Source: Eledone cirrhosa (Eukaryota). Taken from it: DNA of 64,000 nt. The stretch's first letter is position 1. The number at the start of each line of letters is the position of its first letter. Under the pieces are notes generated by a model that did no database searches, was not told where the DNA came from, and was given only the letters and a program-made list of their open reading frames with translations. A program made the position numbers and the translations under genes. Below are positions 35,401 through 49,300 of this stretch, piece after piece. The stretch covers positions 186,001 to 250,000 of the forward strand of contig CAXHJY010000275.1 of assembly GCA_964016885.1 (NCBI GenBank). The letters run 5' to 3'.

Positions 35401-37336
35401 CACTTTAGCTTTGGTGTAATACTGGTTAGTTGTGGCAGTCACTGTAGCTTCAGTGTAGTACTGGTTAGTTGTAGCAGTCACTGTAGCTTTGGTGTAATAC
35501 TGGTTAGTTGTAGCAGTCACTGTAGATTTGGTGTAGTACTGGTTAGTTGTAGCAGTCACTTTAGCTTTGGTGTAATACTGGTTAGTTGTGGCAGTCACTG
35601 TAGCTTCAGTGTAGTACTGGTTAGTTGTAGCAGTCACTGTAGCTTTGGTGTAATACTGGTTAGTTGTAGCAGTCACTGTAGCTTTGGTGTAATACTGGGT
35701 AGTTGTAGCAGTCACTGTGGCTTTGGTGTAGTACTAGTTAGTTGTAGCAGTCACTGTAGCTTTTGTATAGTACTGGTTAGTTGTAACAGTCACTGTAGCT
35801 TTGGTGTAATACTGGTTAGTTGTAGCAGTCACTGTAACTTTGGTGTAATACTGGTTAGTTGTAGCAGTCACTGTAGATTTGGTGTAATACTGGTTAGTTG
35901 TAGCAGTCACTGTAGCTTTGCTGTAGTACTGGTTAGTTGTAGCAGCCACTGCAGATTTGGTGTAATACTGGTTAGTTGTAGCAGTGACTGTAGCTTTGGT
36001 GTAATACTGGTTAGTTGTAGCAGTCACTGTAGCTTCAGTGCAATACTGGTTAGTTGTAGCAGTCTCTGTAGCTTTGGTGTAGTACTGGTTAGTTGTGACA
36101 GTCACTGTAGCTTTGGTGTAGTAGTCACTGTAGCTTTGGTGTAATACTGGTTAGTTGTAGCACTCACTGTAGCTTTGGTGTAGTACTAGTTAGTTGTAGC
36201 AGTCACTGTAGCTTTGGTGTAGTACTGGTTAGTTGTAGCAGTCACTGTAGCTTTGGTGTAGTACTGGTTAGTCGTAGCATTCACTGCAACTTTGGTGTAA
36301 TACTGGTTAGTTGTAGCAGTCACTGTAGCTTTGGTGTAGTACTGGTTAGTTGTAGCAGTCACTGTAGCTTTGGTGTAGTACTGGTTAGTTGTAGCAGTCA
36401 CTGTAGCTTTGGTGTAGTACTGGTTAGTTGTAACAGTCGCTGTAGCTTTGGTGTAGTACTGGGTAGTTGTATCAGTCACTGTAGCTTTGGTGTAATACTA
36501 GTTAGTTGTCACAGTCACTGTAGCTTTGGTGTAATACTAGTTAGTTGTAACAGTCACTGTAGCTTTGGTGTAATACTGGGTAGTTGTAACAATCACTGTA
36601 GCTTTGGTGTAATACTAGTTAGTTGTAACAGTCACTGTAGCTTTGGTGTAATACTAGTTAGTTGTAACAGTCACTGTAGCTTTGGTGTAATACTGGTTAG
36701 TTGTAGCAGTCACTGTAGCTTTGGTGTAGTACTGGTTAGTTGTAGCAGTAACTGTAGCTTTGGTGTAGTACTGGTTAGTTGTAGCAGTCACTGTAGCTTT
36801 GGTGTAGTACTGGTTAGTTGTAGCAGTCACTGTAGCTTTGGTGTAATACTAGTTAGTTGTAGCAGTCACTGTAGCTTTGGTGTAGTACTAGTTCATTGTA
36901 GCTTCAGTGAAGTACTGGTTAGTTGTAGCAGTCACTGTAGCTTTGGTGTAATACTAGTTAGTTGTAACAGTCACTGTAGCTTTGGTGTAATACTAGTTAG
37001 TTGTAACAGTCACTGTAGCTTTGGTGTAATACTGGTTAGTTGTAACAGTCACTGTAGCTTTGGTGTAATACTAGTGAGTTGTAACAGTCACTGTAGCTTT
37101 GGTGTGATACTAGTTAGTTGTAACAGTCACTGTAGCTTTGGTGTAATACTGGTTAGTTGTAGCAGTCACTGTAGCTTTGGTGTAGTACTGGTTAGTTGTA
37201 GCAGTCACTGTAGCTTTGGTGTAATACTGGTTAGTTGTAGCAGTCACTGTAGATTTGGTGTAGTACTGGTTAGTTGTAGCAGTTACTGTAGCTTTGGTGT
37301 AATACTGGTTAGTTGTAGCAGTACCTGTAGATTTGG
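26435..37336 (+). repeat. Middle-domain HOR copy A: 8,729-bp (226-monomer) unit carrying an internal 2,173-bp duplication (10,902 bp total)
   Basis: Offsets to copy B are 10902 (26520->37422, 27183->38085) and then 8729 (29773->38502, 31376->40105, 34930->43659). 8729+85 bp of deletions (3x11, 3x12, 1x16) = 226x39. Boundaries are approximate. Confidence 0.85.
27288..31663 (+). repeat. 2,173-bp (56-monomer) tandem duplication
   Basis: 27600->29773, 28458->30631, 29227->31400. The private variant GGCAGTCATT occurs at ~28789 and ~30962. 2173+11 = 56x39. Confidence 0.92.
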
Positions 37337-40300
37337 TGTAGTACTGGTTAGTTGTAGCAGTCACTGTAGCTTTGGTGTAGTACTGGTTAGTTGTATCAGT
37401 CACTGTAGCTTTGGTGTAATACTAGTTAGTTGTAGCAGTCACTGCAGCTTTGGTGTAGTACTGGTTAGTTGTAGCAGTCACTGTAGCTTTGGTGTAATAC
37501 GAGTTAGTTGTAGCAGTCACTGTAGCTTTGGTGTAGTACTGGTTAGTTGTAGCAGTCACTGTAGCTTTGTTGTAGTACTGGTTAGTTGTAGCAGTCACTG
37601 TAGCTTTGGTGTAGTACTGGTTAGTTGTAGCAGTTACTGTAGCTTTGGTGTAATACTGGTTAGTTGTAGCAGTCCCTGTAGATTTGGTGTAGTACTGGTT
37701 AGTTGTGACAGTCACTGTAGCTTTGGTGTAGTACTGGTTAGTTGTAGCAGTCACTTTAGCTTTGGTGTAATACTGGTTAGTTGTGGCAGTCACTGTAGCT
37801 TCAGTGTAGTACTGGTTAGTTGTAGCAGTCACTGTAGCTTTGGTGTAATACTGGTTAGTTGTAGCAGTCACTGTAGATTTGGTGTAGTACTGGTTAGTTG
37901 TAGCAGTCACTTTAGCTTTGGTGTAATACTGGTTAGTTGTGGCAGTCACTGTAGCTTCAGTGTAGTACTGGTTAGTTGTAGCAGTCACTGTAGCTTTGGT
38001 GTAATACTGGTTAGTTGTAGCAGTCACTGTAGCTTTGGTGTAATACTAGTTAGTTGTAGCAGTCACTGTAGCTTTGGTGTAGTACTAGTTCGTTGTAGCT
38101 TCAGTGAAGTACTGGTTAGTTGTAGCAGTCACTGTAGCTTTGGTGTAGTACTGGTTACTTGTAGCATTCACTGCAACTTTGGTGTAATACTGGTTAGTTG
38201 TAGCAGTCACTGTAGCTTTTGTGTAGTACTGGTTAGTTGTAGCAGTCACTGTAGCTTTGGTGTAGTACTGGTTAGTTGTAGCAGTCACTGTAGCTTTGGT
38301 GTAGTACTGGTTAGTTGTAACAGTCACTGTAGCTTTGGTGTAGTACTGGGTAGTTGTATCAGTCACTGTAGCTTTGGTGTAATACTAGTTAGTTGTAACA
38401 GTCACTGTAGCTTTGGTGTAATACTAGTTAGTTGTAACAGTCACTGTAGCTTTGGTGTAATACTAGTTAGTTGTAACAGTCACTGTAGCTTTGGTGTGAT
38501 ACTAGTTAGTTGTAACAGTCACTGTAGCTTTGGTGTAATACTGGTTGGTTGTAGCAGTCACTGTAGCTTTGGTGTTGTACTGGTTAGTTGTAGCAGTCAC
38601 TGTAGCTTTGGTGTAGTACTGGTTAGTTGTAGCAGTCACTGTAGCTTTGGTGTAGTACTGGTTAGTTGTAGCAGTCACTGTAGCTTTGGTGTAATACTGG
38701 TTAGTTGTAGCAGTCACTGTAGCTTTGGTGTAGTACTGGTTAGTTGTAGCAGTCACTGTAGCTTTGGTGTAGTACTGGTTAGTTGTAGCAGTCACTGTAG
38801 CTTTGGTGTAATACTGGTTAGTTGTAGCAGTCACTGTAGCTTTGGTGTAGTACTGGTTAGTTGTAGCAGTCACTGTAGCTTTGGTGTAATACTGGTTAGT
38901 TGTAGCACTCACTGTAGCTTTGGTGTAGTACTAGTTAGTTGTAGCAGTCACTGTAGCTTTGGTGTAGTACTGGTTAGTTGTAGCACTCACTGTCGCTTTG
39001 GTGTAGTACTGGTTAGTTGTAGCAGTCACTGTAGCTTTGGTGTAGTACTGGTTAGTTGTAGCACTCACTGTAGCTTTGGTGTAGTACTAGTTAGTTGTAG
39101 CAGTCACTGTAGCTTTGGTGTAGTACTGGTTAGTTGTAGCAGTCACTGTAGCTTTGGTGTAGTACTGGGTAGTTGTATCAGTCACTGTAGCTTTGGTGTA
39201 ATACTAGTTAGTTGTAACAGTCACTGTAGCTTTGGTGTAATACTAGTTAGTTGTAACAGTCACTGTAGCTTTGGTGTAATACTGGTTAGTTGTAACAGTC
39301 ACTGTAGCTTTGGTGTAATACTAGTTAGTTGTAACAGTCACTGTAGCTTTGGTGTGATACTAGTTAGTTGTATCAGTCACTGTAGCTTTGGTGTAATACT
39401 GGTTAGTTGTAGCAGTCACTGTAGCTTTGGTGTAGTACTGGTTAGTTGTAGCAGTCACTGTAGCTTTGGTGTAATACTGGTTAGTTGTAGCAGTCACTGT
39501 AGATTTGGTGTAGTACTGGTTAGTTGTAGCAGTTACTGTAGCTTTGGTGTAATACTGGTTAGTTGTAGCAGTCCCTGTAGATTTGGTGTAGTACTGGTTA
39601 GTTGTGACAGTCACTGTAGCTTTGGTGTAGTACTGGTTAGTTGTAGCAGTCACTTTAGCTTTGGTGTAATACTGGTTAGTTGTGGCAGTCATTGTAGCTT
39701 CAGTGTAGTACTGGTTAGTTGTAGCAGTCACTGTAGCTTTGGTGTAGTACTGGTTAGTTGTAGCAGTCACTGTAGATTTGGTGTAGTACTGGTTAGTTGT
39801 AGCAGTCACTGTAGCTTTGGTGTAATACTGGTTAGTTGTAGCAGTCACTGTAGCTTTGGTGTAATACTGGTTAGTTGTAGCAGTCACTGTAGCTTTGGTG
39901 TAGTACTGGTTAGTTGTAGCAGTCACTGTAGCTTTGGTGTAGTACTGGTTAGTTGTAGCAGTCACTGTAGCTTTGGTGTAGTACTGGTTAGTTGTAGCAG
40001 TCACTGTAGCTTTGGTGTAATACTGGTTAGTTGTATCAGTCACTGTAGCTTTGGTGTAATACTAGTTAGTTGTAGCAGTCACTGCAGCTTTGGTGTAGTA
40101 CTGGTTAGTTGTAGCAGTCAGTGTAGTATTGGTTAGTTGTAGCATTCACTGTAGCTTCAGTGTAATACTGGTTAGTTGTAGCAATCACTGTAGCTTTGGT
40201 GTAATACTGGTTAGTTGTGGCAGTCTCTGTAGCTTCAGTGTAGTAGTGGTTAGTTGTAGCAGTCACTGTAGCTTTGGTGTAATACTGGTTAGTTGTAGCA

Positions 40301-43300
40301 GTCACTGTAGCTTTGGTGTAATACGAGTTAGTTGTAGCAGTCACTGTAGCTTTGGTGTAGCACTGGTTAGTTGTAGCAGTCACTGTAGCTTTGTTGTAGT
40401 ACTGGTTAGTTGTAGCAGTCACTGTAGCTTTGGTGTAGTACTGGTTAGTTGTAGCAGTCACTTTAGCTTTGGTGTAATACTGGTTAGTTGTGGCAGTCAC
40501 TGTAGCTTCAGTGTAGTACTGGTTAGTTGTAGCAGTCACTGTAGCTTTGGTGTAATACTGGTTAGTTGTAGCAGTCACTGTAGATTTGGTGTAGTACTGG
40601 TTAGTTGTAGCAGTCACTTTAGCTTTGGTGTAATACTGGTTAGTTGTGGCAGTCACTGTAGCTTCAGTGTAGTACTGGTTAGTTGTAGCAGTCACTGTAG
40701 CTTTGGTGTAATACTGGTTAGTTGTAGCAGTCACTGTAGCTTTGGTGTAATACTGGGTAGTTGTAGCAGTCACTGTAGCTTTGGTGTAGTACTAGTTAGT
40801 TGTAGCAGTCACTGTAGCTTTGGTGTAGTACTGGTTAGTTGTAGCAGTCACTGTAGCTTTGGTGTAGTACTGGTTAGTTGTAGCAGTCACTGTAGCTTTG
40901 GTGTAATACTAGTTAGTTGTAGCAGTCACTGCAGCTTTGGTGTAGTACTGGTTAGTTGTAGCAGTCAGTGTAGTATTGGTTAGTTGTAGCATTCACTGTA
41001 GCTTCAGTGTAATACTGGTTAGTTGTAGCAATCACTGTAGCTTTGGTGTAATACTGGTTAGTTGTGGCAGTCTCTGTAGCTTCAGTGTAGTAGTGGTTAG
41101 TTGTAGCAGTCACTGTAGCTTTGGTGTAATACTGGTTAGTTGTAGCAGTCACTGTAGCTTTGGTGTAATACGAGTTAGTTGTAGCAGTCACTGTAGCTTT
41201 GGTGTAGTACTGGTTAGTTGTAGCAGTCACTGTAGCTTTGTTGTAGTACTGGTTAGTTGTAGCAGTCACTGTAGCTTTGGTGTAGTACTGGTTAGTTGTA
41301 GCAGTTACTGTAACTTTGGTGTAATACTGGTTAGTTGTAGCAGTCCCTGTAGATTTGGTGTAGTACTGGTTAGTTGTGACAGTCACTGTAGCTTTGGTGT
41401 AGTACTGGTTAGTTGTAGCAGTCACTTTAGCTTTGGTGTAATACTGGTTAGTTGTGGCAGTCACTGTAGCTTCAGTGTAGTACTGGTTAGTTGTAGCAGT
41501 CACTGTAGCTTTGGTGTAATACTGGTTAGTAGTAGCAGTCACTGTAGATTTGGTGTAGTACTGGTTAGTTGTAGCAGTCACTTTAGCTTTGGTGTAATAC
41601 TGGTTAGTTGTGGCAGTCACTGTAGCTTCAGTGTAGTACTGGTTAGTTGTAGCAGTCACTGTAGCTTTGGTGTAATACTGGTTAGTTGTAGCAGTCACTG
41701 TAGCTTTGGTGTAATACTAGTTAGTTGTAGCAGTCACTGTAGCTTTGGTGTAGTACTAGTTCGTTGTAGCTTCAGTGAAGTACTGGTTAGTTGTAGCAGT
41801 CACTGTAGCTTTGGTGTAGTACTGGTTAGTTGTAGCAGTCACTGTAGCTTTGGTGTAGTACTGGTTAGTTGTAACAGTCACTGTAGCTTTGGTGTAGTAC
41901 TGGGTAGTTGTATCAGTCACTGTAGCTTTGGTGTAATACTAGTTAGTTGTAACAGTCACTGTAGCTTTGGTGTAATACTAGTTAGTTGTAACAGTCACTG
42001 TAGCTTTGGTGTAATACTGGTTAGTTGTAACAGTCACTGTAGCTTTGGTGTAATACTAGTTAGTTGTAACAGTCACTGTAGCTTTGGTGTGATACTAGTT
42101 AGTTGTAACAGTCACTGTAGCTTTGGTGTAATACTGGTTAGTTGTAGCAGTCACTGTAGCTTTGGTGTTGTACTGGTTAGTTGTAGCAGTCACTGTAGCT
42201 TTGGTGTAGTACTGGTTAGTTGTAGCAGTCACTGTAGCTTTGGTGTAGTACTGGTTAGTTGTAGCAGTCACTGTAGCTTTGGTGTAATACTGGTTAGTTG
42301 TAGCAGTCACTGTAGCTTTGGTGTAGTACTGGTTAGTTGTAGCAGTCACTGTAGCTTTGGTGTAATACTGGTTAGTTGTAGCACTCACTGTAGCTTTGGT
42401 GTAGTACTAGTTAGTTGTAGCAGTCACTGTAGCTTTGGTGTAGTACTGGTTAGTTGTAGCACTCACTGTAGCTTTGGTGTAGTACTAGTTAGTTGTAGCA
42501 GTCACTGTAGCTTTGGTGTAGTACTGGTTAGTTGTAGCACTCACTGTCGCTTTGGTGTAGTACTGGTTAGTTGTAGCAGTCACTGTAGCTTTGGTGTAGT
42601 ACTGGTTAGTTGTAGCACTCACTGTAGCTTTGGTGTAGTACTAGTTAGTTGTAGCAGTCACTGTAGCTTTGGTGTAGTACTGGTTAGTTGTAGCAGTCAC
42701 TGTAGCTTTGGTGTAGTACTGGGTAGTTGTATCAGTCACTGTAGCTTTGGTGTAATACTAGTTAGTTGTAACAGTCACTGTAGCTTTGGTGTAATACTAG
42801 TTAGTTGTAACAGTCACTGTAGCTTTGGTGTAATACTGGTTAGTTGTAACAGTCACTGTAGCTTTGGTGTAATACTAGTTAGTTGTAACAGTCACTGTAG
42901 CTTTGGTGTGATACTAGTTAGTTGTAACAGTCACTGTAGCTTTGGTGTAATACTGGTTAGTTGTAGCAGTCACTGTAGCTTTGGTGTAGTACTGGTTAGT
43001 TGTAGCAGTCACTGTAGCTTTGGTGTAATACTGGTTAGTTGTAGCAGTCACTGTAGATTTGGTGTAGTACTGGTTAGTTGTAGCAGTTACTGTAGCTTTG
43101 GTGTAATACTGGTTAGTTGTAGCAGTCCCTGTAGATTTGGTGTAGTACTGGTTAGTTGTGACAGTCACTGTAGCTTTGGTGTAGTACTGGTTAGTTGTAG
43201 CAGTCACTTTAGCTTTGGTGTAATACTGGTTAGTTGTGGCAGTCACTGTAGCTTCAGTGTAGTACTGGTTAGTTGTAGCAGTCACTGTAGCTTTGGTGTA

Positions 43301-46300
43301 GTACTGGTTAGTTGTAGCAGTCACTGTAGATTTGGTGTAGTACTGGTTAGTTGTAGCAGTCACTGTAGCTTTGGTGTAATACTGGTTAGTTGTAGCAGTC
43401 ACTGTAGCTTTGGTGTAATACTGGTTAGTTGTAGCAGTCACTGTAGCTTTGGTGTAGTACTGGTTAGTTGTAGCAGTCACTGTAGCTTTGGTGTAGTACT
43501 GGTTAGTTGTAGCAGTCACTGTAGCTTTGGTGTAGTACTGGTTAGTTGTAGCAGTCACTGTAGCTTTGGTGTAATACTGGTTAGTTGTATCAGTTACTGT
43601 AGCTTTGGTGTAATACTAGTTAGTTGTAGCAGTCACTGCAGCTTTGGTGTAGTACTGGTTAGTTGTAGCAGTCAGTGTAGTATTGGTTAGTTGTAGCATT
43701 CACTGTAGCTTCAGTGTAATACTGGTTAGTTGTAGCAATCACTGTAGCTTTGGTGTAATACTGGTTAGTTGTGGCAGTCTCTGTAGCTTCAGTGTAGTAG
43801 TGGTTAGTTGTAGCAGTCACTGTAGCTTTGGTGTAATACTGGTTAGTTGTAGCAGTCACTGTAGCTTTGGTGTAATACGAGTTAGTTGTAGCAGTCACTG
43901 TAGCTTTGGTGTAGTACTGGTTAGTTGTAGCAGTCACTGTAGCTTTGTTGTAGTACTGGTTAGTTGTAGCAGTCACTGTAGCTTTGGTGTAGTACTGGTT
44001 AGTTGTAGCAGTTACTGTAGCTTTGGTGTAATACTGGTTAGTTGTAGCAGTCCCTGTAGATTTGGTGTAGTACTGGTTAGTTGTGACAGTCACTGTAGCT
44101 TTGGTGTAGTACTGGTTAGTTGTAGCAGTCACTTTAGCTTTGGTGTAATACTGGTTAGTTGTGGCAGTCACTGTAGCTTCAGTGTAGTACTGGTTAGTTG
44201 TAGCAGTCACTGTAGCTTTGGTGTAATACTGGTTAGTTGTAGCAGTCACTGTAGATTTGGTGTAGTACTGGTTAGTTGTAGCAGTCACTTTAGCTTTGGT
44301 GTAATACTGGTTAGTTGTGGCAGTCACTGTAGCTTCAGTGTAGTACTGGTTAGTTGTAGCAGTCACTGTAGCTTTGGTGTAATACTGGTTAGTTGTAGCA
44401 GTCACTGTAGCTTTGGTGTAATACTGGGTAGTTGTAGCAGTCACTGTGGCTTTGGTGTAGTACTAGTTAGTTGTAGCAGTCACTGTAGCTTTTGTATAGT
44501 ACTGGTTAGTTGTAACAGTCACTGTAGCTTTGGTGTAATACTGGTTGGTTGTAGCAGTCACTGTAGCTTTGGTGTTGTACTGGTTAGTTGTAGCAGTCAC
44601 TGTAGCTTTGGTGTAGTACTGGTTAGTTGTAGCAGTCACTGTAGCTTTGGTGTAGTACTGGTTAGTTGTAGCAGTCACTGTAGCTTTGGTGTAATACTGG
44701 TTAGTTGTAGCAGTCACTGTAGCTTTGGTGTAGTACTGGTTAGTTGTAGCAGTCACTGTAGCTTTGGTGTAGTACTGGTTAGTTGTAGCAGTCACTGTAG
44801 CTTTGGTGTAATACTGGTTAGTTGTAGCAGTCACTGTAGCTTTGGTGTAGTACTGGTTAGTTGTAGCAGTCACTGTAGCTTTGGTGTAATACTGGTTAGT
44901 TGTAGCACTCACTGTAGCTTTGGTGTAGTACTAGTTAGTTGTAGCAGTCACTGTAGCTTTGGTGTAGTACTGGTTAGTTGTAGCACTCACTGTCGCTTTG
45001 GTGTAGTACTGGTTAGTTGTAGCAGTCACTGTAGCTTTGGTGTAGTACTGGTTAGTTGTAGCACTCACTGTAGCTTTGGTGTAGTACTAGTTAGTTGTAG
45101 CAGTCACTGTAGCTTTGGTGTAGTACTGGTTAGTTGTAGCAGTCACTGTAGCTTTGGTGTAGTACTGGGTAGTTGTATCAGTCACTGTAGCTTTGGTGTA
45201 ATACTAGTTAGTTGTAACAGTCACTGTAGCTTTGGTGTAATACTAGTTAGTTGTAACAGTCACTGTAGCTTTGGTGTAATACTGGTTAGTTGTAACAGTC
45301 ACTGTAGCTTTGGTGTAATACTAGTTAGTTGTAACAGTCACTGTAGCTTTGGTGTGATACTAGTTAGTTGTATCAGTCACTGTAGCTTTGGTGTAATACT
45401 GGTTAGTTGTAGCAGTCACTGTAGCTTTGGTGTAGTACTGGTTAGTTGTAGCAGTCACTGTAGCTTTGGTGTAATACTGGTTAGTTGTAGCAGTCACTGT
45501 AGATTTGGTGTAGTACTGGTTAGTTGTAGCAGTTACTGTAGCTTTGGTGTAATACTGGTTAGTTGTAGCAGTCCCTGTAGATTTGGTGTAGTACTGGTTA
45601 GTTGTGACAGTCACTGTAGCTTTGGTGTAGTACTGGTTAGTTGTAGCAGTCACTTTAGCTTTGGTGTAATACTGGTTAGTTGTGGCAGTCATTGTAGCTT
45701 CAGTGTAGTACTGGTTAGTTGTAGCAGTCACTGTAGCTTTGGTGTAGTACTGGTTAGTTGTAGCAGTCACTGTAGATTTGGTGTAGTACTGGTTAGTTGT
45801 AGCAGTCACTGTAGCTTTGGTGTAATACTGGTTAGTTGTAGCAGTCACTGTAGCTTTGGTGTAATACTGGTTAGTTGTAGCAGTCACTGTAGCTTTGGTG
45901 TAGTACTGGTTAGTTGTAGCAGTCACTGTAGCTTTGGTGTAGTACTGGTTAGTTGTAGCAGTCACTGTAGCTTTGGTGTAGTACTGGTTAGTTGTAGCAG
46001 TCACTGTAGCTTTGGTGTAATACTGGTTAGTTGTATCAGTCACTGTAGCTTTGGTGTAATACTAGTTAGTTGTAGCAGTCACTGCAGCTTTGGTGTAGTA
46101 CTGGTTAGTTGTAGCAGTCAGTGTAGTATTGGTTAGTTGTAGCATTCACTGTAGCTTCAGTGTAATACTGGTTAGTTGTAGCAATCACTGTAGCTTTGGT
46201 GTAATACTGGTTAGTTGTGGCAGTCTCTGTAGCTTCAGTGTAGTAGTGGTTAGTTGTAGCAGTCACTGTAGCTTTGGTGTAATACTGGTTAGTTGTAGCA

Positions 46301-49300
46301 GTCACTGTAGCTTTGGTGTAATACGAGTTAGTTGTAGCAGTCACTGTAGCTTTGGTGTAGCACTGGTTAGTTGTAGCAGTCACTGTAGCTTTGTTGTAGT
46401 ACTGGTTAGTTGTAGCAGTCACTGTAGCTTTGGTGTAGTACTGGTTAGTTGTAGCAGTCACTTTAGCTTTGGTGTAATACTGGTTAGTTGTGGCAGTCAC
46501 TGTAGCTTCAGTGTAGTACTGGTTAGTTGTAGCAGTCACTGTAGCTTTGGTGTAATACTGGTTAGTTGTAGCAGTCACTGTAGATTTGGTGTAGTACTGG
46601 TTAGTTGTAGCAGTCACTTTAGCTTTGGTGTAATACTGGTTAGTTGTGGCAGTCACTGTAGCTTCAGTGTAGTACTGGTTAGTTGTAGCAGTCACTGTAG
46701 CTTTGGTGTAATACTGGTTAGTTGTAGCAGTCACTGTAGCTTTGGTGTAATACTGGGTAGTTGTAGCAGTCACTGTAGCTTTGGTGTAGTACTAGTTAGT
46801 TGTAGCAGTCACTGTAGCTTTGGTGTAGTACTGGTTAGTTGTAGCAGTCACTGTAGCTTTGGTGTAGTACTGGTTAGTTGTAGCAGTCACTGTAGCTTTG
46901 GTGTAATACTAGTTAGTTGTAGCAGTCACTGCAGCTTTGGTGTAGTACTGGTTAGTTGTAGCAGTCAGTGTAGTATTGGTTAGTTGTAGCATTCACTGTA
47001 GCTTCAGTGTAATACTGGTTAGTTGTAGCAATCACTGTAGCTTTGGTGTAATACTGGTTAGTTGTGGCAGTCTCTGTAGCTTCAGTGTAGTAGTGGTTAG
47101 TTGTAGCAGTCACTGTAGCTTTGGTGTAATACTGGTTAGTTGTAGCAGTCACTGTAGCTTTGGTGTAATACGAGTTAGTTGTAGCAGTCACTGTAGCTTT
47201 GGTGTAGTACTGGTTAGTTGTAGCAGTCACTGTAGCTTTGTTGTAGTACTGGTTAGTTGTAGCAGTCACTGTAGCTTTGGTGTAGTACTGGTTAGTTGTA
47301 GCAGTTACTGTAACTTTGGTGTAATACTGGTTAGTTGTAGCAGTCCCTGTAGATTTGGTGTAGTACTGGTTAGTTGTGACAGTCACTGTAGCTTTGGTGT
47401 AGTACTGGTTAGTTGTAGCAGTCACTTTAGCTTTGGTGTAATACTGGTTAGTTGTGGCAGTCACTGTAGCTTCAGTGTAGTACTGGTTAGTTGTAGCAGT
47501 CACTGTAGCTTTGGTGTAATACTGGTTAGTAGTAGCAGTCACTGTAGATTTGGTGTAGTACTGGTTAGTTGTAGCAGTCACTTTAGCTTTGGTGTAATAC
47601 TGGTTAGTTGTGGCAGTCACTGTAGCTTCAGTGTAGTACTGGTTAGTTGTAGCAGTCACTGTAGCTTTGGTGTAATACTGGTTAGTTGTAGCAGTCACTG
47701 TAGCTTTGGTGTAATACTAGTTAGTTGTAGCAGTCACTGTAGCTTTGGTGTAGTACTAGTTCGTTGTAGCTTCAGTGAAGTACTGGTTAGTTGTAGCAGT
47801 CACTGTAGCTTTGGTGTAGTACTGGTTAGTTGTAGCAGTCACTGTAGCTTTGGTGTAGTACTGGTTAGTTGTAACAGTCACTGTAGCTTTGGTGTAGTAC
47901 TGGGTAGTTGTATCAGTCACTGTAGCTTTGGTGTAATACTAGTTAGTTGTAACAGTCACTGTAGCTTTGGTGTAATACTAGTTAGTTGTAACAGTCACTG
48001 TAGCTTTGGTGTAATACTGGTTAGTTGTAACAGTCACTGTAGCTTTGGTGTAATACTAGTTAGTTGTAACAGTCACTGTAGCTTTGGTGTGATACTAGTT
48101 AGTTGTAACAGTCACTGTAGCTTTGGTGTAATACTGGTTAGTTGTAGCAGTCACTGTAGCTTTGGTGTTGTACTGGTTAGTTGTAGCAGTCACTGTAGCT
48201 TTGGTGTAGTACTGGTTAGTTGTAGCAGTCACTGTAGCTTTGGTGTAGTACTGGTTAGTTGTAGCAGTCACTGTAGCTTTGGTGTAATACTGGTTAGTTG
48301 TAGCAGTCACTGTAGCTTTGGTGTAGTACTGGTTAGTTGTAGCAGTCACTGTAGCTTTGGTGTAATACTGGTTAGTTGTAGCACTCACTGTAGCTTTGGT
48401 GTAGTACTAGTTAGTTGTAGCAGTCACTGTAGCTTTGGTGTAGTACTGGTTAGTTGTAGCACTCACTGTAGCTTTGGTGTAGTACTAGTTAGTTGTAGCA
48501 GTCACTGTAGCTTTGGTGTAGTACTGGTTAGTTGTAGCACTCACTGTCGCTTTGGTGTAGTACTGGTTAGTTGTAGCAGTCACTGTAGCTTTGGTGTAGT
48601 ACTGGTTAGTTGTAGCACTCACTGTAGCTTTGGTGTAGTACTAGTTAGTTGTAGCAGTCACTGTAGCTTTGGTGTAGTACTGGTTAGTTGTAGCAGTCAC
48701 TGTAGCTTTGGTGTAGTACTGGGTAGTTGTATCAGTCACTGTAGCTTTGGTGTAATACTAGTTAGTTGTAACAGTTACTGTAGCTTTGGTGTAATACTAG
48801 TTAGTTGTAACAGTCACTGTAGCTTTGGTGTAATACTGGTTAGTTGTAACAGTCACTGTAGCTTTGGTGTAATACTAGTTAGTTGTAACAGTCACTGTAG
48901 CTTTGGTGTGATACTAGTTAGTTGTAACAGTCACTGTAGCTTTGGTGTAATACTGGTTAGTTGTAGCAGTCACTGTAGCTTTGGTGTAGTACTGGTTAGT
49001 TGTAGCAGTCACTGTAGCTTTGGTGTAATACTGGTTAGTTGTAGCAGTCACTGTAGATTTGGTGTAGTACTGGTTAGTTGTAGCAGTTACTGTAGCTTTG
49101 GTGTAATACTGGTTAGTTGTAGCAGTCCCTGTAGATTTGGTGTAGTACTGGTTAGTTGTGACAGTCACTGTAGCTTTGGTGTAGTACTGGTTAGTTGTAG
49201 CAGTCACTTTAGCTTTGGTGTAATACTGGTTAGTTGTGGCAGTCACTGTAGCTTCAGTGTAGTACTGGTTAGTTGTAGCAGTCACTGTAGCTTTGGTGTA